In this document: in pieces, positions 1 to 10,277 of the stretch
How positions within the stretch are numbered: position 1 is the stretch's first letter
Layout: each line of letters opens with the position of its first letter
Source: an uncultured virus (IMG/VR IMGVR_UViG_3300042887_005898)
Lineage: Duplodnaviria; Heunggongvirae; Uroviricota; Caudoviricetes
DNA length: 64,000 nucleotides
Strand: one strand, 5' to 3'
IMG/VR virus record: IMGVR_UViG_3300042887_005898
Notes under the pieces: generated by a model
The model's database searches: none
Seen by the model: only the letters and a program-made list of their open reading frames with translations
What the model was told of the DNA's origin: nothing
Translations under genes and position numbers: made by a program

Positions 1-462
1 ATGAAAACAATTTTAATTTCTCTGTTGGTTTTATTATCAACGACTACTTATTCACAATGGGTTGTAAAAAGTGTTAACAATGGATTAGATGAACCTTACA
101 CAATTTCTTATTGTCCTTCTATCGAAAAGAGTCAAGCAATCGCTAAATTAGAAAGAGTCGGTGAACAAGTAGCTTTCTATGTTATTGGTTCTTATTTCTG
201 TGAAGAATCGCCTATTGTTGATATTGCTTTAATTGTTAATGGTGAGTCTGTAAAGTATCAAATAATTGGAACCAAATCTTCTGACAACACAACAGTTTTC
301 TTAATTGATGATCTGACTATCGAAGACTCAAAGGATTTTTTAGATAACTTCAAAAAAGCATCTAAGTTGATAATTAGAGTAAATGAAGATTATTGTCAAG
401 ATGATATCTATACTTTTAACATGTCTGGTTCAACTAAGGCATATGATACAATGTCAAAATGA
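1..462 (+). CDS. Secreted hypothetical protein
   Basis: N-terminal signal peptide MKTILISLLVLLSTTTYSQ; starts at the window edge. Confidence 0.7.
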   Translation: MKTILISLLVLLSTTTYSQWVVKSVNNGLDEPYTISYCPSIEKSQAIAKLERVGEQVAFYVIGSYFCEESPIVDIALIVNGESVKYQIIGTKSSDNTTVFLIDDLTIEDSKDFLDNFKKASKLIIRVNEDYCQDDIYTFNMSGSTKAYDTMSK

Positions 463-809
463 TTGATTACAATAAAATTTTGATTTCAACTATCATGTTA
501 TTGTTTGCTCAAATAGTAACCTGGTTTCAACTTTTTGGTCAATTCAAATGGGATTATCTGAAAGATAATTATCTTGTGATAGCTTTATCTGGAATACCGA
601 TTAGTCTAATTTACTATTATTCAACAAGACTTTCTGTTGAGGGATTTGGCAATGCTTGGTCACCAAGAATCATTCAATTTATAATGGGTATTGTTGTTTT
701 TACTTACTTCAATAAAATTTTTCTTAGTGAAAATTTAAATCTAAAAAACTCGATTTGTTTAGCTCTTTGTTTGGTTATTGTTTTAATACAAGCTTTCTGG
801 AAGTCTTAA
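459..809 (+). CDS. Small multi-TM membrane protein (DMT/SMR-like)
   Basis: 116 aa, about four hydrophobic helices. Confidence 0.55.
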   Translation: MIDYNKILISTIMLLFAQIVTWFQLFGQFKWDYLKDNYLVIALSGIPISLIYYYSTRLSVEGFGNAWSPRIIQFIMGIVVFTYFNKIFLSENLNLKNSICLALCLVIVLIQAFWKS

Positions 810-898
810 AAGAACAAATTAATTTTATTAATCTATAATAGTTTGAGAAATATATTGTTAAATATATATCTTTTAGATTAAAAAAATAATAAAAAAAA

Positions 899-2206
899 AT
901 GAACACTGAAGTCATGAATTACAAAGTTAAAGATATTTCTTTAGCATCTTGGGGTAGAAAAGAAATTAAACTTGCAGAAGACGAAATGCCAGGATTAATG
1001 TCTTTGAGACAAGAATATAAAAATCAAAAGCCTCTTAAAGGAGCAAGAATCGCTGGATGTTTACACATGACTATTCAGACAGCTGTTCTTATCGAAACTT
1101 TGATTGATCTTGGAGCAGAAGTTTCTTGGTCTTCATGTAATATTTTCTCAACACAAGATCATGCAGCTGCCGCGATTGCTGAGGCTGGAATTCCAGTTTA
1201 TGCTTGGAAAGGAATGAACGAAGAAGAATTCGATTGGTGTATTGAACAAACACTTTTTGCATTCACCGATAATCAACCTCTAAATATGATTTTAGACGAT
1301 GGTGGTGATTTAACTAATATGGTGTTTGATAGATATCCAGAGTTAATAAAGAATATCAAAGGTTTATCAGAAGAAACCACTACTGGTGTTCTAAGACTTT
1401 ATGAAAGAATGAAAAATGGAACACTTCATATTCCAGCTATTAATGTAAATGATTCTGTAACAAAATCTAAATTCGATAACAAATATGGTTGTCGTGAGTC
1501 ACTAGTTGATGCTATTCGTAGAGCTACTGATATTATGATGGCTGGTAAAGTTGCAGTCGTTGCTGGTTATGGTGATGTTGGAAAAGGTTCAGCTGAGTCT
1601 TTATCTTCACAAGGAGTAAGGGTAATAGTTACAGAGATTGATCCAATTTGTGCACTACAAGCTGTAATGGATGGTTATCAAGTTCTTAAAATGGAAACTG
1701 CTATTCCGATGGCCGATATTATTGTTACAGCAACTGGTAACAAATCAATTGTAAGAAAAGAACATTTCAAGGAAATGAAACACAACGCAATTGTTTGTAA
1801 CATTGGTCACTTTGATAATGAGATTGATATGGCTTGGCTTAATGATAATTATGGAACAACCAAAGATACAATTAAACCACAAGTAGACAAATACACAATT
1901 GATAATAAAGACATCATTGTTTTAGCAGAAGGTCGATTGGTAAATTTAGGTTGTGCAACTGGACATCCATCATTTGTTATGAGTAATTCATTTACAAATC
2001 AAACACTTGCACAAATTGAACTTTGGAATCACTCGAAAAACTATGAGAATAAAGTTTATACTCTACCTAAACATTTAGATGAAAAAGTTGCTAGATTACA
2101 CTTATCAAAAGTAGGTGCTGAGTTAGAAACTTTGTCAACTGATCAAGCAGAGTATATTGGTGTTCAAGTAGAAGGACCATATAAAGGTGAAACATACAGA
2201 TATTAA
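899..2206 (+). CDS. ahcY: S-adenosyl-L-homocysteine hydrolase
   Basis: [72 protein letters not shown] motifs. Confidence 0.98.
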   Translation: MNTEVMNYKVKDISLASWGRKEIKLAEDEMPGLMSLRQEYKNQKPLKGARIAGCLHMTIQTAVLIETLIDLGAEVSWSSCNIFSTQDHAAAAIAEAGIPVYAWKGMNEEEFDWCIEQTLFAFTDNQPLNMILDDGGDLTNMVFDRYPELIKNIKGLSEETTTGVLRLYERMKNGTLHIPAINVNDSVTKSKFDNKYGCRESLVDAIRRATDIMMAGKVAVVAGYGDVGKGSAESLSSQGVRVIVTEIDPICALQAVMDGYQVLKMETAIPMADIIVTATGNKSIVRKEHFKEMKHNAIVCNIGHFDNEIDMAWLNDNYGTTKDTIKPQVDKYTIDNKDIIVLAEGRLVNLGCATGHPSFVMSNSFTNQTLAQIELWNHSKNYENKVYTLPKHLDEKVARLHLSKVGAELETLSTDQAEYIGVQVEGPYKGETYRY

Positions 2207-2212
2207 TTTTTT

Positions 2213-2563
2213 ATGAATATTATTTGTATTGATTTAAGAATGTTCAATCATGTTAAATTACAAGAGTTATGTGATTTACATTCTTTAAGGTACGAAGCAA
2301 TATGGGAAAATAAAAAACAAGGTTTTGCTAAACTTTGGATTGATACTGACAAGATGCAAATAATTGCATTCAACACAAAGAAAAATCACAATATTCAATT
2401 CACAGATGAATATTGTGATTTTCTTTTAAGTTATGTACCCGTTGATTTAATAAAATCAGAAAATAAATTGCTTAACTTAGATGATATTTTAGATAAGATT
2501 TCTAAATATGGAATTTCTTCCTTAACTTTGGATGAAAGAGATTTTCTCGGTAAAGTAAAATAA
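2213..2563 (+). CDS. Hypothetical protein with C-terminal DUF6576-like module
   Basis: C-terminus LDDILDKISKYGISSLTLDERDFL resembles the module on Bacteroidota rhomboid tails (from recall). Confidence 0.6.
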   Translation: MNIICIDLRMFNHVKLQELCDLHSLRYEAIWENKKQGFAKLWIDTDKMQIIAFNTKKNHNIQFTDEYCDFLLSYVPVDLIKSENKLLNLDDILDKISKYGISSLTLDERDFLGKVK

Positions 2564-2568
2564 AATAT

Positions 2569-2928
2569 ATGAGCAAATTTTTCTTGGAAACTGTTAATGG
2601 ATGTAGATTCTTTTCTGATCATTACTTGAAAGTAAGAAGGTCTAGAGAGTCTAAAGGTCTTACAACAATGAAAGACTTCATGTTTCCAGATAATGGAAGA
2701 ATTATAGATCACCCACTCATTGATAAAGAATTTGAAAAAAAAGGGAAAAGATACATAGTCGAGTCTGTACACAAACATTGGTATATGGGTTGGTATGAGC
2801 TAGCAGTTGCAAGACAAGCTGGTACAAAATCACATGGGACTTTTATGATTAAGTCATATAACTGTAGTTACGATGTAGTTTTAGAAGCAGTTGAGGAGAA
2901 TGACAAAGAGATTAAGTGGCTTACTTAG
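2569..2928 (+). CDS. Hypothetical protein
   Basis: ORF co-oriented in operon, ATG start. Confidence 0.7.
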   Translation: MSKFFLETVNGCRFFSDHYLKVRRSRESKGLTTMKDFMFPDNGRIIDHPLIDKEFEKKGKRYIVESVHKHWYMGWYELAVARQAGTKSHGTFMIKSYNCSYDVVLEAVEENDKEIKWLT

Positions 2929-3040
2929 TTTCTTTTTTAATCATTTTCAAAACTTCAATGTTCATTTGAATTTGTTTCATTCTCTTAACAAAGTTTCTTC
3001 TGTTTCTAGTTGGTTTACCTTCTTTTTTTGCTTTTGCCAT
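2921..3040 (-). CDS. Small basic protein (MAKAKKEGKPTRNRRNF...), not in ORF track
   Basis: 39-aa ORF read manually, A-rich upstream region, follows 3089..3547 on the same strand. Confidence 0.6.
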   Translation of the reverse strand: MAKAKKEGKPTRNRRNFVKRMKQIQMNIEVLKMIKKETK

Positions 3041-3088
3041 TTTACGATAATTATTTTTTTTATATTCCTGGATCAATACTGACTGCTA

Positions 3089-3547
3089 TTAATCCCCTTT
3101 CATCCTGTTCCAGCCACAAATATGATAGTCCTCTAAAAATTTCATTAATCCATCAATCTGATCACACTTAAAATATATTGAGTAACCAACTGATGTTATA
3201 GCAGTCAGAAACCAATCATCAGTCAATTGTGAAATTCTAATATTTATAGGAAAAGGTACTTCTGAATGTTGGTGTTTTTTTTCCTTGTAAAAATCAAATC
3301 CAACAATCTGTATACCTATTTTATTTAACCCTATCCAATTATCATTAGTCATTTTAACTGAAATTTTCGGACAATTATCTAAAATCCAATCAGTTAAATG
3401 ATCTTTCACTAGAGAGAAAACACGAGAATCAATATCAACAAAATCCGATTTCGGTATTTTTTCCATTTCCGATCTACTAATTTCATAATAATACTCATCA
3501 GAATTGACTGACTCATTGAATTTATTATACTCTTTTAAGTATTTCAT
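3089..3547 (-). CDS. Putative internal head protein, DDW...CDQ paralog family
   Basis: N-terminus MKYLKEYNKFNES; DDWFL...FKCDQIDGL motif shared with 9008 and 26006. Confidence 0.65.
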   Translation of the reverse strand: MKYLKEYNKFNESVNSDEYYYEISRSEMEKIPKSDFVDIDSRVFSLVKDHLTDWILDNCPKISVKMTNDNWIGLNKIGIQIVGFDFYKEKKHQHSEVPFPINIRISQLTDDWFLTAITSVGYSIYFKCDQIDGLMKFLEDYHICGWNRMKGD

Positions 3548-3610
3548 TAACAGATTGAACTTTTTCTTGTATCATATTATAAATTATAATATATTTGTAT
3601 ATATAAAATT

Positions 3611-4003
3611 ATGAGTAGAATAAATAAATTGAACTTCGCAGTTATTGCACACGATGCTAAAAAAGCAGATATGGTTGCATTCATTATGAAGAGATTAGAC
3701 TTTTTCAAAAATGTAAACATCTTCGCCACAGGAACAACTGGAACTCACATAGAATTTGCAGGGTGTCAAGTAAACAAATTCAAATCAGGTCCACTTGGTG
3801 GTGATGCTCAAATTGCTGCAATGATCGTTGATAAGAAAATAGATTGTGTTATATTTTTTATAGATCCACTTAGTTCACATCCACATGAAGTAGATGTTCA
3901 AATGTTACTTCGTATTTGTAATGTAACAGACACTCCAATCGCAACCAACTATTCGACATCATCTAAACTTGTAAACTATTTCGAAAATGAAGAATCTAAT
4001 TGA
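3611..4003 (+). CDS. mgsA: Methylglyoxal synthase
   Basis: IAHDAKK, ATGTTG, SGPLGGDAQI, DPLSSHPHEVDV motifs. Confidence 0.96.
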   Translation: MSRINKLNFAVIAHDAKKADMVAFIMKRLDFFKNVNIFATGTTGTHIEFAGCQVNKFKSGPLGGDAQIAAMIVDKKIDCVIFFIDPLSSHPHEVDVQMLLRICNVTDTPIATNYSTSSKLVNYFENEESN

Positions 4004-4721
4004 AATATACAAAGATACTTTTAGACTCAGTTCAGAAATGACTGATTCAGTGACAACTGAACATGATTTTAATGATATAATCGAAGCATCGGAAAAATCT
4101 AATTCCGAAAGTAATATTTATGTTCTAAATTATGATACTGTATCAGCTGGTCTTCAATTATCGAAAATTGGTAAGACTTGTTTGTTAAATATGGCTTCTA
4201 ATAAAAGACCGGGTGGTGGTGTTGAAAACGGAGCTTTAGCACAAGAAGAGTGTTTATTTAGATGTTCTAATTTGTGTCAAACTATAAAGGAAGATTTTTA
4301 TCCTCTTTTATTTGATAGATGTCTTTATACTAAAGATGCTGTGTTTTTCAAAGATCATAAGTATGACTATATAACACCAACAAAATTTGATGTAGTCACA
4401 ATACCAGCTTTGAATCTTTCTTCTAATTCTATAACTTCGGAAAATGATAGTTATAAACTGATCACTAAAGATAAAATTAGATTAATGCTTTCGCTAGCAA
4501 TAAAGAATGATGTTAAGAACATTATATTAGGTGCTTGGGGTTGTGGTGTTTTTAAGAATAATCCAGATACTATTTCAACTTTCTTTCATGAAATACTTAT
4601 CGATGAAAACTATCAAAATCATTTTGATAATATAGTATTTGCTATTATAAATGATTCAAATTCAACAAGTAATAATTTATCCATATTCGAAAAGAAATTT
4701 CAAAAATCAGAAGTATGTTAA
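3987..4721 (+). CDS. TIGR02452/bacterial PARG-like macrodomain (ADP-ribose hydrolase)
   Basis: LNMAS..PGGG...GALAQEECLFRCS and ILGAWGCGVFKN motifs. Confidence 0.9.
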   Translation: MKNLIEIYKDTFRLSSEMTDSVTTEHDFNDIIEASEKSNSESNIYVLNYDTVSAGLQLSKIGKTCLLNMASNKRPGGGVENGALAQEECLFRCSNLCQTIKEDFYPLLFDRCLYTKDAVFFKDHKYDYITPTKFDVVTIPALNLSSNSITSENDSYKLITKDKIRLMLSLAIKNDVKNIILGAWGCGVFKNNPDTISTFFHEILIDENYQNHFDNIVFAIINDSNSTSNNLSIFEKKFQKSEVC

Positions 4722-4949
4722 TTGATGTAGAACTAACTATTGAACAAAGAATATCAATCATTCAAAAAATAGACAAAAATTTTGATATTTTAGATTTTGG
4801 TATTGGCCCCGTAAATTTACACAACTGGATTGATCAAAATTATCCAACTGTTCCAAGAAAAGCAATCGCATATATTATATAAAATTAACGACTACATATT
4901 ATGTGGTTTTTTTTGAAAAGTAATTTCGAAAAATAATATATAATTATGT

Positions 4950-6284
4950 ATGCTAAAGTATGATGAATTTATTACAGAAAGTCAAATAATCTCACTTATA
5001 TTAGAGTCTGATTTAAATTGTAGTTCTGAGTTTCTTAACAGATTAGAAGCTATAAAAGGTAAGAGTGTAGTTGCTAACGCACTACATGTATTATTCGCTA
5101 ACGATACTTATATCTATAAACCGTTATCACAAAACTTCATTGATATATCTGATTCTGAGGATACTTTATCTTTTATTTCAGATAAGAAAGCAGATAAAGC
5201 TTTTGACGATGATAAAAATCCTTATCAAGTAAGTGGCAGAGGTGAGATAAAAGTAGGTAGATTTGCAAAGTCTATTTTAAGTGATAAAGAAATATTAACT
5301 GGTGTCAATTCTTCTCGTGTTTTAAAAATGAATAAAATAGATTTAACAACTCTCAAAGATAAAGACTATGAGGAATTTGTTAATTTATATAAAGCATCAA
5401 AAGTAAAAAAAGATCATAAGTTTCAATTAGTTACTGGTAAAGACATATTAACGTATTATGATGTTGAGAATTATGCTTTCTCTGAAAAAGGAACCTTAGG
5501 TAATTCTTGTATGAAACATGAAGAGTGTCGAAGTTATTTAGAGATATATCAGAAGAATCCAAAGTCTTGTAGTCTATTGGTATATTTAAACGCTACTGGT
5601 GAGGTTTTAGGTAGAGCTTTAATTTGGAATCTAAGTAAAAGTCCTTGCAAAGCTAAATATTTCATGGACAGAATTTATACTACATTTGACAGTGATGTTA
5701 TTAAGTTCACTAATTATGCTGATGAAAATGGCTTTATGTATAAAATAAGACAAGGATGTGATGATACTGAGTCTCTTATATTCAAGTACAAAGGATCTTC
5801 TGTTTTAGGTGAAGCTCGTGTTGAATTAGATAAAGTAAAATTCGACGATTATCCGTTTTTAGATACCTTGTCTTATTTGAATACAAAGGAAAAATATTTA
5901 AGTAATGTAAACTTCAAAGGAGCTTATTCATTAAACGACACTGAGGGAGGATCATCACAGTGTTATTTTTGTGATGGATCTGGTACTTCAGAAAGTAATT
6001 GTGAGGATTGCAACGGTGGTGGAGATATAGACTGTCCAAAATGTGAAGGGGGCAAATATACACCTAAATATGGATGTAAAAAATGTGAAGATGATGGTGT
6101 CGTGAAGTGTAAGTCTTGTGACGGAACGGGTGTTGGAGATTGTGATGAATGTGTAAATGAATATTTAGAAATCCTAATGAATTTATTGAATGATTTTAGT
6201 AGATACGGATTAACAAAAGATCAAGTTGAACTTGAAATTCAAAAGATTAAATCCGAGAAACTAAAGTCTAAGAAGAAAAAGTAA
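4950..6284 (+). CDS. Putative virion protein with NSCM/GRALIW/DRIY core and C-terminal CxxCxGxG Zn-finger repeats
   Basis: N-terminus MLKYDEFITES; paralog of 16931..18463. Confidence 0.75.
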   Translation: MLKYDEFITESQIISLILESDLNCSSEFLNRLEAIKGKSVVANALHVLFANDTYIYKPLSQNFIDISDSEDTLSFISDKKADKAFDDDKNPYQVSGRGEIKVGRFAKSILSDKEILTGVNSSRVLKMNKIDLTTLKDKDYEEFVNLYKASKVKKDHKFQLVTGKDILTYYDVENYAFSEKGTLGNSCMKHEECRSYLEIYQKNPKSCSLLVYLNATGEVLGRALIWNLSKSPCKAKYFMDRIYTTFDSDVIKFTNYADENGFMYKIRQGCDDTESLIFKYKGSSVLGEARVELDKVKFDDYPFLDTLSYLNTKEKYLSNVNFKGAYSLNDTEGGSSQCYFCDGSGTSESNCEDCNGGGDIDCPKCEGGKYTPKYGCKKCEDDGVVKCKSCDGTGVGDCDECVNEYLEILMNLLNDFSRYGLTKDQVELEIQKIKSEKLKSKKKK

Positions 6285-6469
6285 TTAAAGATTTTCGTCA
6301 AATACATTTTCAATCTTTGATTCTAAAACTATTCTTTGTCTAAATTACCAAAGTTAAATTTACTTCCTTGTGAAATATCTGCTTCTTCAAATTTTTCGAA
6401 TAATTTGATTTATGAAAGTATGTATTAGTTTAATTAAACATTATTTACTGTTACAAATATAATAAAAAT

Positions 6470-7516
6470 ATGAATAATATAGATAAAAAATATCAAGAAC
6501 TCTTACAAGACATTATTGATAATGGTGTTACTAAGCAGGATCGTACCGGAACTGGAACAATATCAGTCTTTGTAAGACAAATCAGACATAAGATGTCTGA
6601 GGGATTTCCACTTCTTACAACAAAGAAGATGGCTTGGAAGACAATGGTAACAGAACTACTATGGTTTTTAAGAGGTGATACCAACATCAAATACCTTGTT
6701 GATAATAATTGTCATATTTGGGATGGTGATGCGTATAAGAATTATGTAAATAAACAAACAACCGAAGATGTTGGTTCAATGAATTGGTTTATACATGAGA
6801 TTAAGACTAATGATGAGTTTGCTAAAAAATGGGGTGAGTTGGGACCTGTGTATGGTAAGCAATGGAGAAGATGGAGAGGACAGGATGGAATGATTGGTGA
6901 GAAAGATGAGAATGGCACAAGAGTAATTACTTGGAACCAAAAAGACCAAATCCAAAACCTAATCAACGACCTTAAAACAAATCCTGACTCAAGACGACTA
7001 ATGGTTTCAGCTTGGAATGTAGGTGAATTAGACCAAATGGTTCTTCCACCTTGTCATTACGGATTTCAAGTTTATACAAGAGAGTTGAGTTCAGTAGAAC
7101 GAATGGAATACTACGGTAAACATTTTATGAAAGAAACTGAAAGTAAAACCTTTGATGAATTATCTCAGATTGATTATGATAAATTAAATATACCAACTAG
7201 AGCAATCTCTTTAATGTGGAATCAACGTTCAGTGGATACATTCTTAGGTTTACCATTCAACATTGCTAGTTACGGATTACTATTAACAATGATTGCTGAT
7301 GAAGTGAATATGGTTCCTGATGAATTGATTGGTAACTTGGGCGACACCCATCTTTATCTAAACCATATTGAACAAGCAAAGGAACAGATTGGTAGAGAAC
7401 CTTATCCACTCCCAAAAGTTTCAGTTAGAGACGGTATACATTGCTCATCGGTTAATGATATTATATTGGAGAACTACCAATCACACCCAACAATCAAGGC
7501 ACCTTTATCAAATTAA
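6470..7516 (+). CDS. thyA: Thymidylate synthase
   Basis: DRTGTGT, ELLWFLRG, LGPVYGKQWR, LPPCH, QRSVDTFLGLPFNIASY. Confidence 0.98.
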   Translation: MNNIDKKYQELLQDIIDNGVTKQDRTGTGTISVFVRQIRHKMSEGFPLLTTKKMAWKTMVTELLWFLRGDTNIKYLVDNNCHIWDGDAYKNYVNKQTTEDVGSMNWFIHEIKTNDEFAKKWGELGPVYGKQWRRWRGQDGMIGEKDENGTRVITWNQKDQIQNLINDLKTNPDSRRLMVSAWNVGELDQMVLPPCHYGFQVYTRELSSVERMEYYGKHFMKETESKTFDELSQIDYDKLNIPTRAISLMWNQRSVDTFLGLPFNIASYGLLLTMIADEVNMVPDELIGNLGDTHLYLNHIEQAKEQIGREPYPLPKVSVRDGIHCSSVNDIILENYQSHPTIKAPLSN

Positions 7517-7518
7517 AT

Positions 7519-7980
7519 ATGAATTTTGATATAGTTCGTTTTTTTTGGCAAAAAACATTCTACAAAACAAGAAAAGGTAAGATTAAATTCAAATGGAGAC
7601 CATTCAGACTTCTAATAATTACAATTCTTTTAGAAGTCAAATATTTAGTACTTACTGGCAAAACAATTGATGACATAATGAGTAAACAAGTATCACTAAA
7701 TCGAAATAATTATCTAATTAATAATAAACTATATTTGAAGAATAGTATTGAGATCTCTTGTTATGAATACTTTGAACACGATAGTAATTGGTCATCCAAT
7801 ATTGAAAAAGTAATTTTAACAGGTTGTATTGATATTTGTTTTTTTGGATTAAATCACTTAGTCTTCAATAAAGAAAGAGATTTTATTTATTGGACTGATG
7901 TTGATTCTTTTATTTTTGAGAATTGTTTAGAAGTTAGTGATATAAGAGATGAGAAAATTGATAGAGTGCTATCTAACTAA
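7519..7980 (+). CDS. Hypothetical protein with C-terminal RDxKI tag
   Basis: Ends IRDEKIDRVLSN. Confidence 0.65.
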   Translation: MNFDIVRFFWQKTFYKTRKGKIKFKWRPFRLLIITILLEVKYLVLTGKTIDDIMSKQVSLNRNNYLINNKLYLKNSIEISCYEYFEHDSNWSSNIEKVILTGCIDICFFGLNHLVFNKERDFIYWTDVDSFIFENCLEVSDIRDEKIDRVLSN

Positions 7981-8012
7981 TTTCTTCATATATTTGTAAA
8001 AATATATACACT

Positions 8013-8753
8013 ATGTATAGTAAAATTTATGATTTCTGTAAAGTCAGAAATCTTGGTAATGTTTATCAAAACGATTTAGATAAACCAACACCAAGAGTAA
8101 AATTTATATTAGAATTATTAGAGTCCGAGAATATCGAATACGAGATTGATAGATTTCCAATTCGTAAAACATCTGGTTATAATATTATATTAAAAGGTAG
8201 TTCTAACAAAATGGTTGTTGCTCATCATGATGTTAATAATCATAATATTGATAATGCAAATGATAATTCTGCTTCTGTCATTAATGCAATTGCCATAAAA
8301 AAATTAATGCCTAGTATCAATGTAGTTCTTTTAGATGGTGAAGAGTTTGGTGGTATAGGTTCACAAAGATGTTCAGAATTAATAAATGATGGTCATTTTA
8401 ACTCAATAGATTGGGTTCTTAATTTAGAATTGACTGGAAAAGGAGGTAAATATTTTTTCATAGGTAATTATCCAGGTAAACTATCAGAACATATAAAATC
8501 TTTATTTGATTGTCCAATAGTAAATACTCCTTTTAATGATTCTGTCGTTTTCAGAAGAAATGGAATTGACTCTTGTGTGATTAATCCACTTCCACCTATT
8601 GATAAAGAAACATCTGTAAAATGGGATGATAACACTTATTTAGATTTCGAACTTCTTTATAATTGTCATTCTAAAAGAGATACTATAGATACCATTAGTC
8701 CTTCTGATATGAAAGAATTTGTTGAAGAAGTGGTTTTGAAGATTTTATCATGA
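8013..8753 (+). CDS. M28-family metallopeptidase
   Basis: VVAHHD, ANDNSAS, DGEEFGGIGS, LNLE and C-terminal H motifs. Confidence 0.85.
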   Translation: MYSKIYDFCKVRNLGNVYQNDLDKPTPRVKFILELLESENIEYEIDRFPIRKTSGYNIILKGSSNKMVVAHHDVNNHNIDNANDNSASVINAIAIKKLMPSINVVLLDGEEFGGIGSQRCSELINDGHFNSIDWVLNLELTGKGGKYFFIGNYPGKLSEHIKSLFDCPIVNTPFNDSVVFRRNGIDSCVINPLPPIDKETSVKWDDNTYLDFELLYNCHSKRDTIDTISPSDMKEFVEEVVLKILS

Positions 8754-8989
8754 AAAGTTTTATAAGAATATTTCAAGATGTGAATACACCTTGTGGGGTT
8801 GGCAAAATTATAAATGTTGATACACCTTTTAACGGTTTATATTTTTCTTATGATCAAGCTATGTGTACGATATGGTTTGGCCCAAATGGTGATAGCAAAT
8901 GGATTTCTATACAATATTCATTAAAACAAATCGAAGATTGGAATCAGAATTTAGAAAGAGACAATATTATTGATGATATTTTAGAATAA
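8750..8989 (+). CDS. Hypothetical protein with C-terminal RDxxI tag
   Basis: Ends ERDNIIDDILE. Confidence 0.6.
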   Translation: MKSFIRIFQDVNTPCGVGKIINVDTPFNGLYFSYDQAMCTIWFGPNGDSKWISIQYSLKQIEDWNQNLERDNIIDDILE

Positions 8990-9007
8990 ACTATTAATAT
9001 ATAAATT

Positions 9008-9382
9008 ATGAATCATTTAACAAAATTTGAATCTTTCAGACATAGAATACCTATGAATGTCAGTGATCAAGAGTATGAAAATAAATTGAATACTCATGGT
9101 AAAGAACCATACAATGAAATTGAAATGAACTTCTTTCGAAAATTAAAGTTAGATAATCAAATGGCGATTTATGATATGGATTTAGGAACACCCGGTAAAA
9201 GTGATACTATTTTCTTACAATTATATCCAACTGGTGAAGGTGATGAATTAATTGAAGTCGATATTATTAAATTAAAGGATGATTGGTATTTAATTTATGA
9301 GCCAGGAAATGAGAAATTCATTTGTGATGAGTGGGATGAAGTTCTTGGATATTTAGGTCACCAAACTACTTTGAAGTTCTAA
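9008..9382 (+). CDS. Putative internal head protein, DDW...CDE paralog family
   Basis: MNHLTKFESF N-terminus; DDWYL...FICDEWDEV; TAATATATAA just upstream. Confidence 0.65.
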   Translation: MNHLTKFESFRHRIPMNVSDQEYENKLNTHGKEPYNEIEMNFFRKLKLDNQMAIYDMDLGTPGKSDTIFLQLYPTGEGDELIEVDIIKLKDDWYLIYEPGNEKFICDEWDEVLGYLGHQTTLKF

Positions 9383-9385
9383 AAT

Positions 9386-9820
9386 TTAGAGCTTATTTTC
9401 TTTTTTCCAACTTTCCCAGTATTCTGGTCCGTATGAACAAAATATTTCTTCTCCAGCTTTTATCTTTTTAGTCGAAACTAACCAAATCTTACCATCTTCA
9501 TACTCTTGTATTTCAGAGTTATTTTTTCCACCGCCAAATTCAGCATCATTTGCATATTTTGCAACACTATCGGAATTATAAACATCAACGATTCTTCCAT
9601 TTGACATTTCAATCAAATAATTAGATCTTACTCCAGTTAGTTTTTTTATTTCTTCTTTAGTTAATTCTTCGCCGGTAAATTCAACGATTTGTGTATCTTT
9701 TGGTATATCAACTAATGTGAATAAACCGTTTCCGGAATTTGGTATTGAAGATTCTTTAACTTGTAAATCTTTAATACTAACTCCATCTTGAAATTCTTCG
9801 TATAATTTTAAATGTCTCAT
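9386..9820 (-). CDS. SET-domain lysine methyltransferase
   Basis: SSIPNSGNGLFT, AKYAND, KKIKAGEEIFCSYGPEYW; N-terminus MRHLKLYEEF. Confidence 0.9.
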   Translation of the reverse strand: MRHLKLYEEFQDGVSIKDLQVKESSIPNSGNGLFTLVDIPKDTQIVEFTGEELTKEEIKKLTGVRSNYLIEMSNGRIVDVYNSDSVAKYANDAEFGGGKNNSEIQEYEDGKIWLVSTKKIKAGEEIFCSYGPEYWESWKKENKL

Positions 9821-9928
9821 ACGTTATATATAATTTTTTTCAATAAAAATTTGACAAGTTTAAAACTTTATTATATATTTGTATAAAATAAAAAAAAAAG
9901 AGAAAAAAACTTTTTAATATATAAAGAA

Positions 9929-10027
9929 ATGAGAGCAATTCGTAAACATAGTCATTTTAGTAAATCGTTTTCTTGGTTTAATCACCAAGGTTCGGTACTA
10001 AGAGAGTATTGCTCAAATTTGATGTAA
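9929..10027 (+). CDS. Leader peptide of tRNA array 1 (MRAIRKHSHFSKSFSWFNHQGSVLREYCSNLM)
   Basis: 32-aa ORF between promoter motifs and terminator; codons 5-17 all R/K/H/S/F/W. Confidence 0.8.
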   Translation: MRAIRKHSHFSKSFSWFNHQGSVLREYCSNLM

Positions 10028-10093
10028 CATAGAAATACATATAAAGAAATACTACAAGTCCGAACCGAGAAATCAGTTCGGACTTTTTGTTTT
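9989..10093 (+). promoter_or_regulatory. Attenuator 1: antiterminator/terminator switch
   Basis: Terminator AAGTCCGAAC(10056-65)/GTTCGGACTT(10076-85) plus U tract; GGTTCGGtACT(9989-99) can pair with AGTCCGAACC(10057-66). Confidence 0.85.
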
Positions 10094-10097
10094 ATAT

Positions 10098-10170
10098 GGA
10101 CTCGTAGCTTAATTGGGAAAGCACTCCGCTTTTAACGGAGGGAGAGTGGGATCGTAACCCGCCGGGTCCA
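10098..10170 (+). tRNA. tRNA-Lys(UUU)
   Basis: Anticodon arm CTCCG-CT-TTT-AA-CGGAG; cloverleaf. Confidence 0.92.
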
Positions 10171-10179
10171 CTAAGAAAT

Positions 10180-10253
10180 GGTGGCATTGTTGTTAGCGGC
10201 AAGCATTCAACTCTGTGAAAGTTGAGGGATGGGTTCAAATCCCATATGTCACC
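10180..10253 (+). tRNA. tRNA-His(GUG)
   Basis: CAACT-CT-GTG-AA-AGTTG; G-1 and C73 present. Confidence 0.92.
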
Positions 10254-10277
10254 CAAAATTCTGTTAATGACAGAAAT

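Noticed and set aside
6284..6420. Possible decayed minus-strand gene (IKLFEKFEEA... remnant)
   Set aside because: No start codon and an early stop; too short to call
9929..10093. T-box riboswitch
   Set aside because: No UGGNACC T-box motif or Stem I recognised; an open leader ORF with cognate codons explains the layout better
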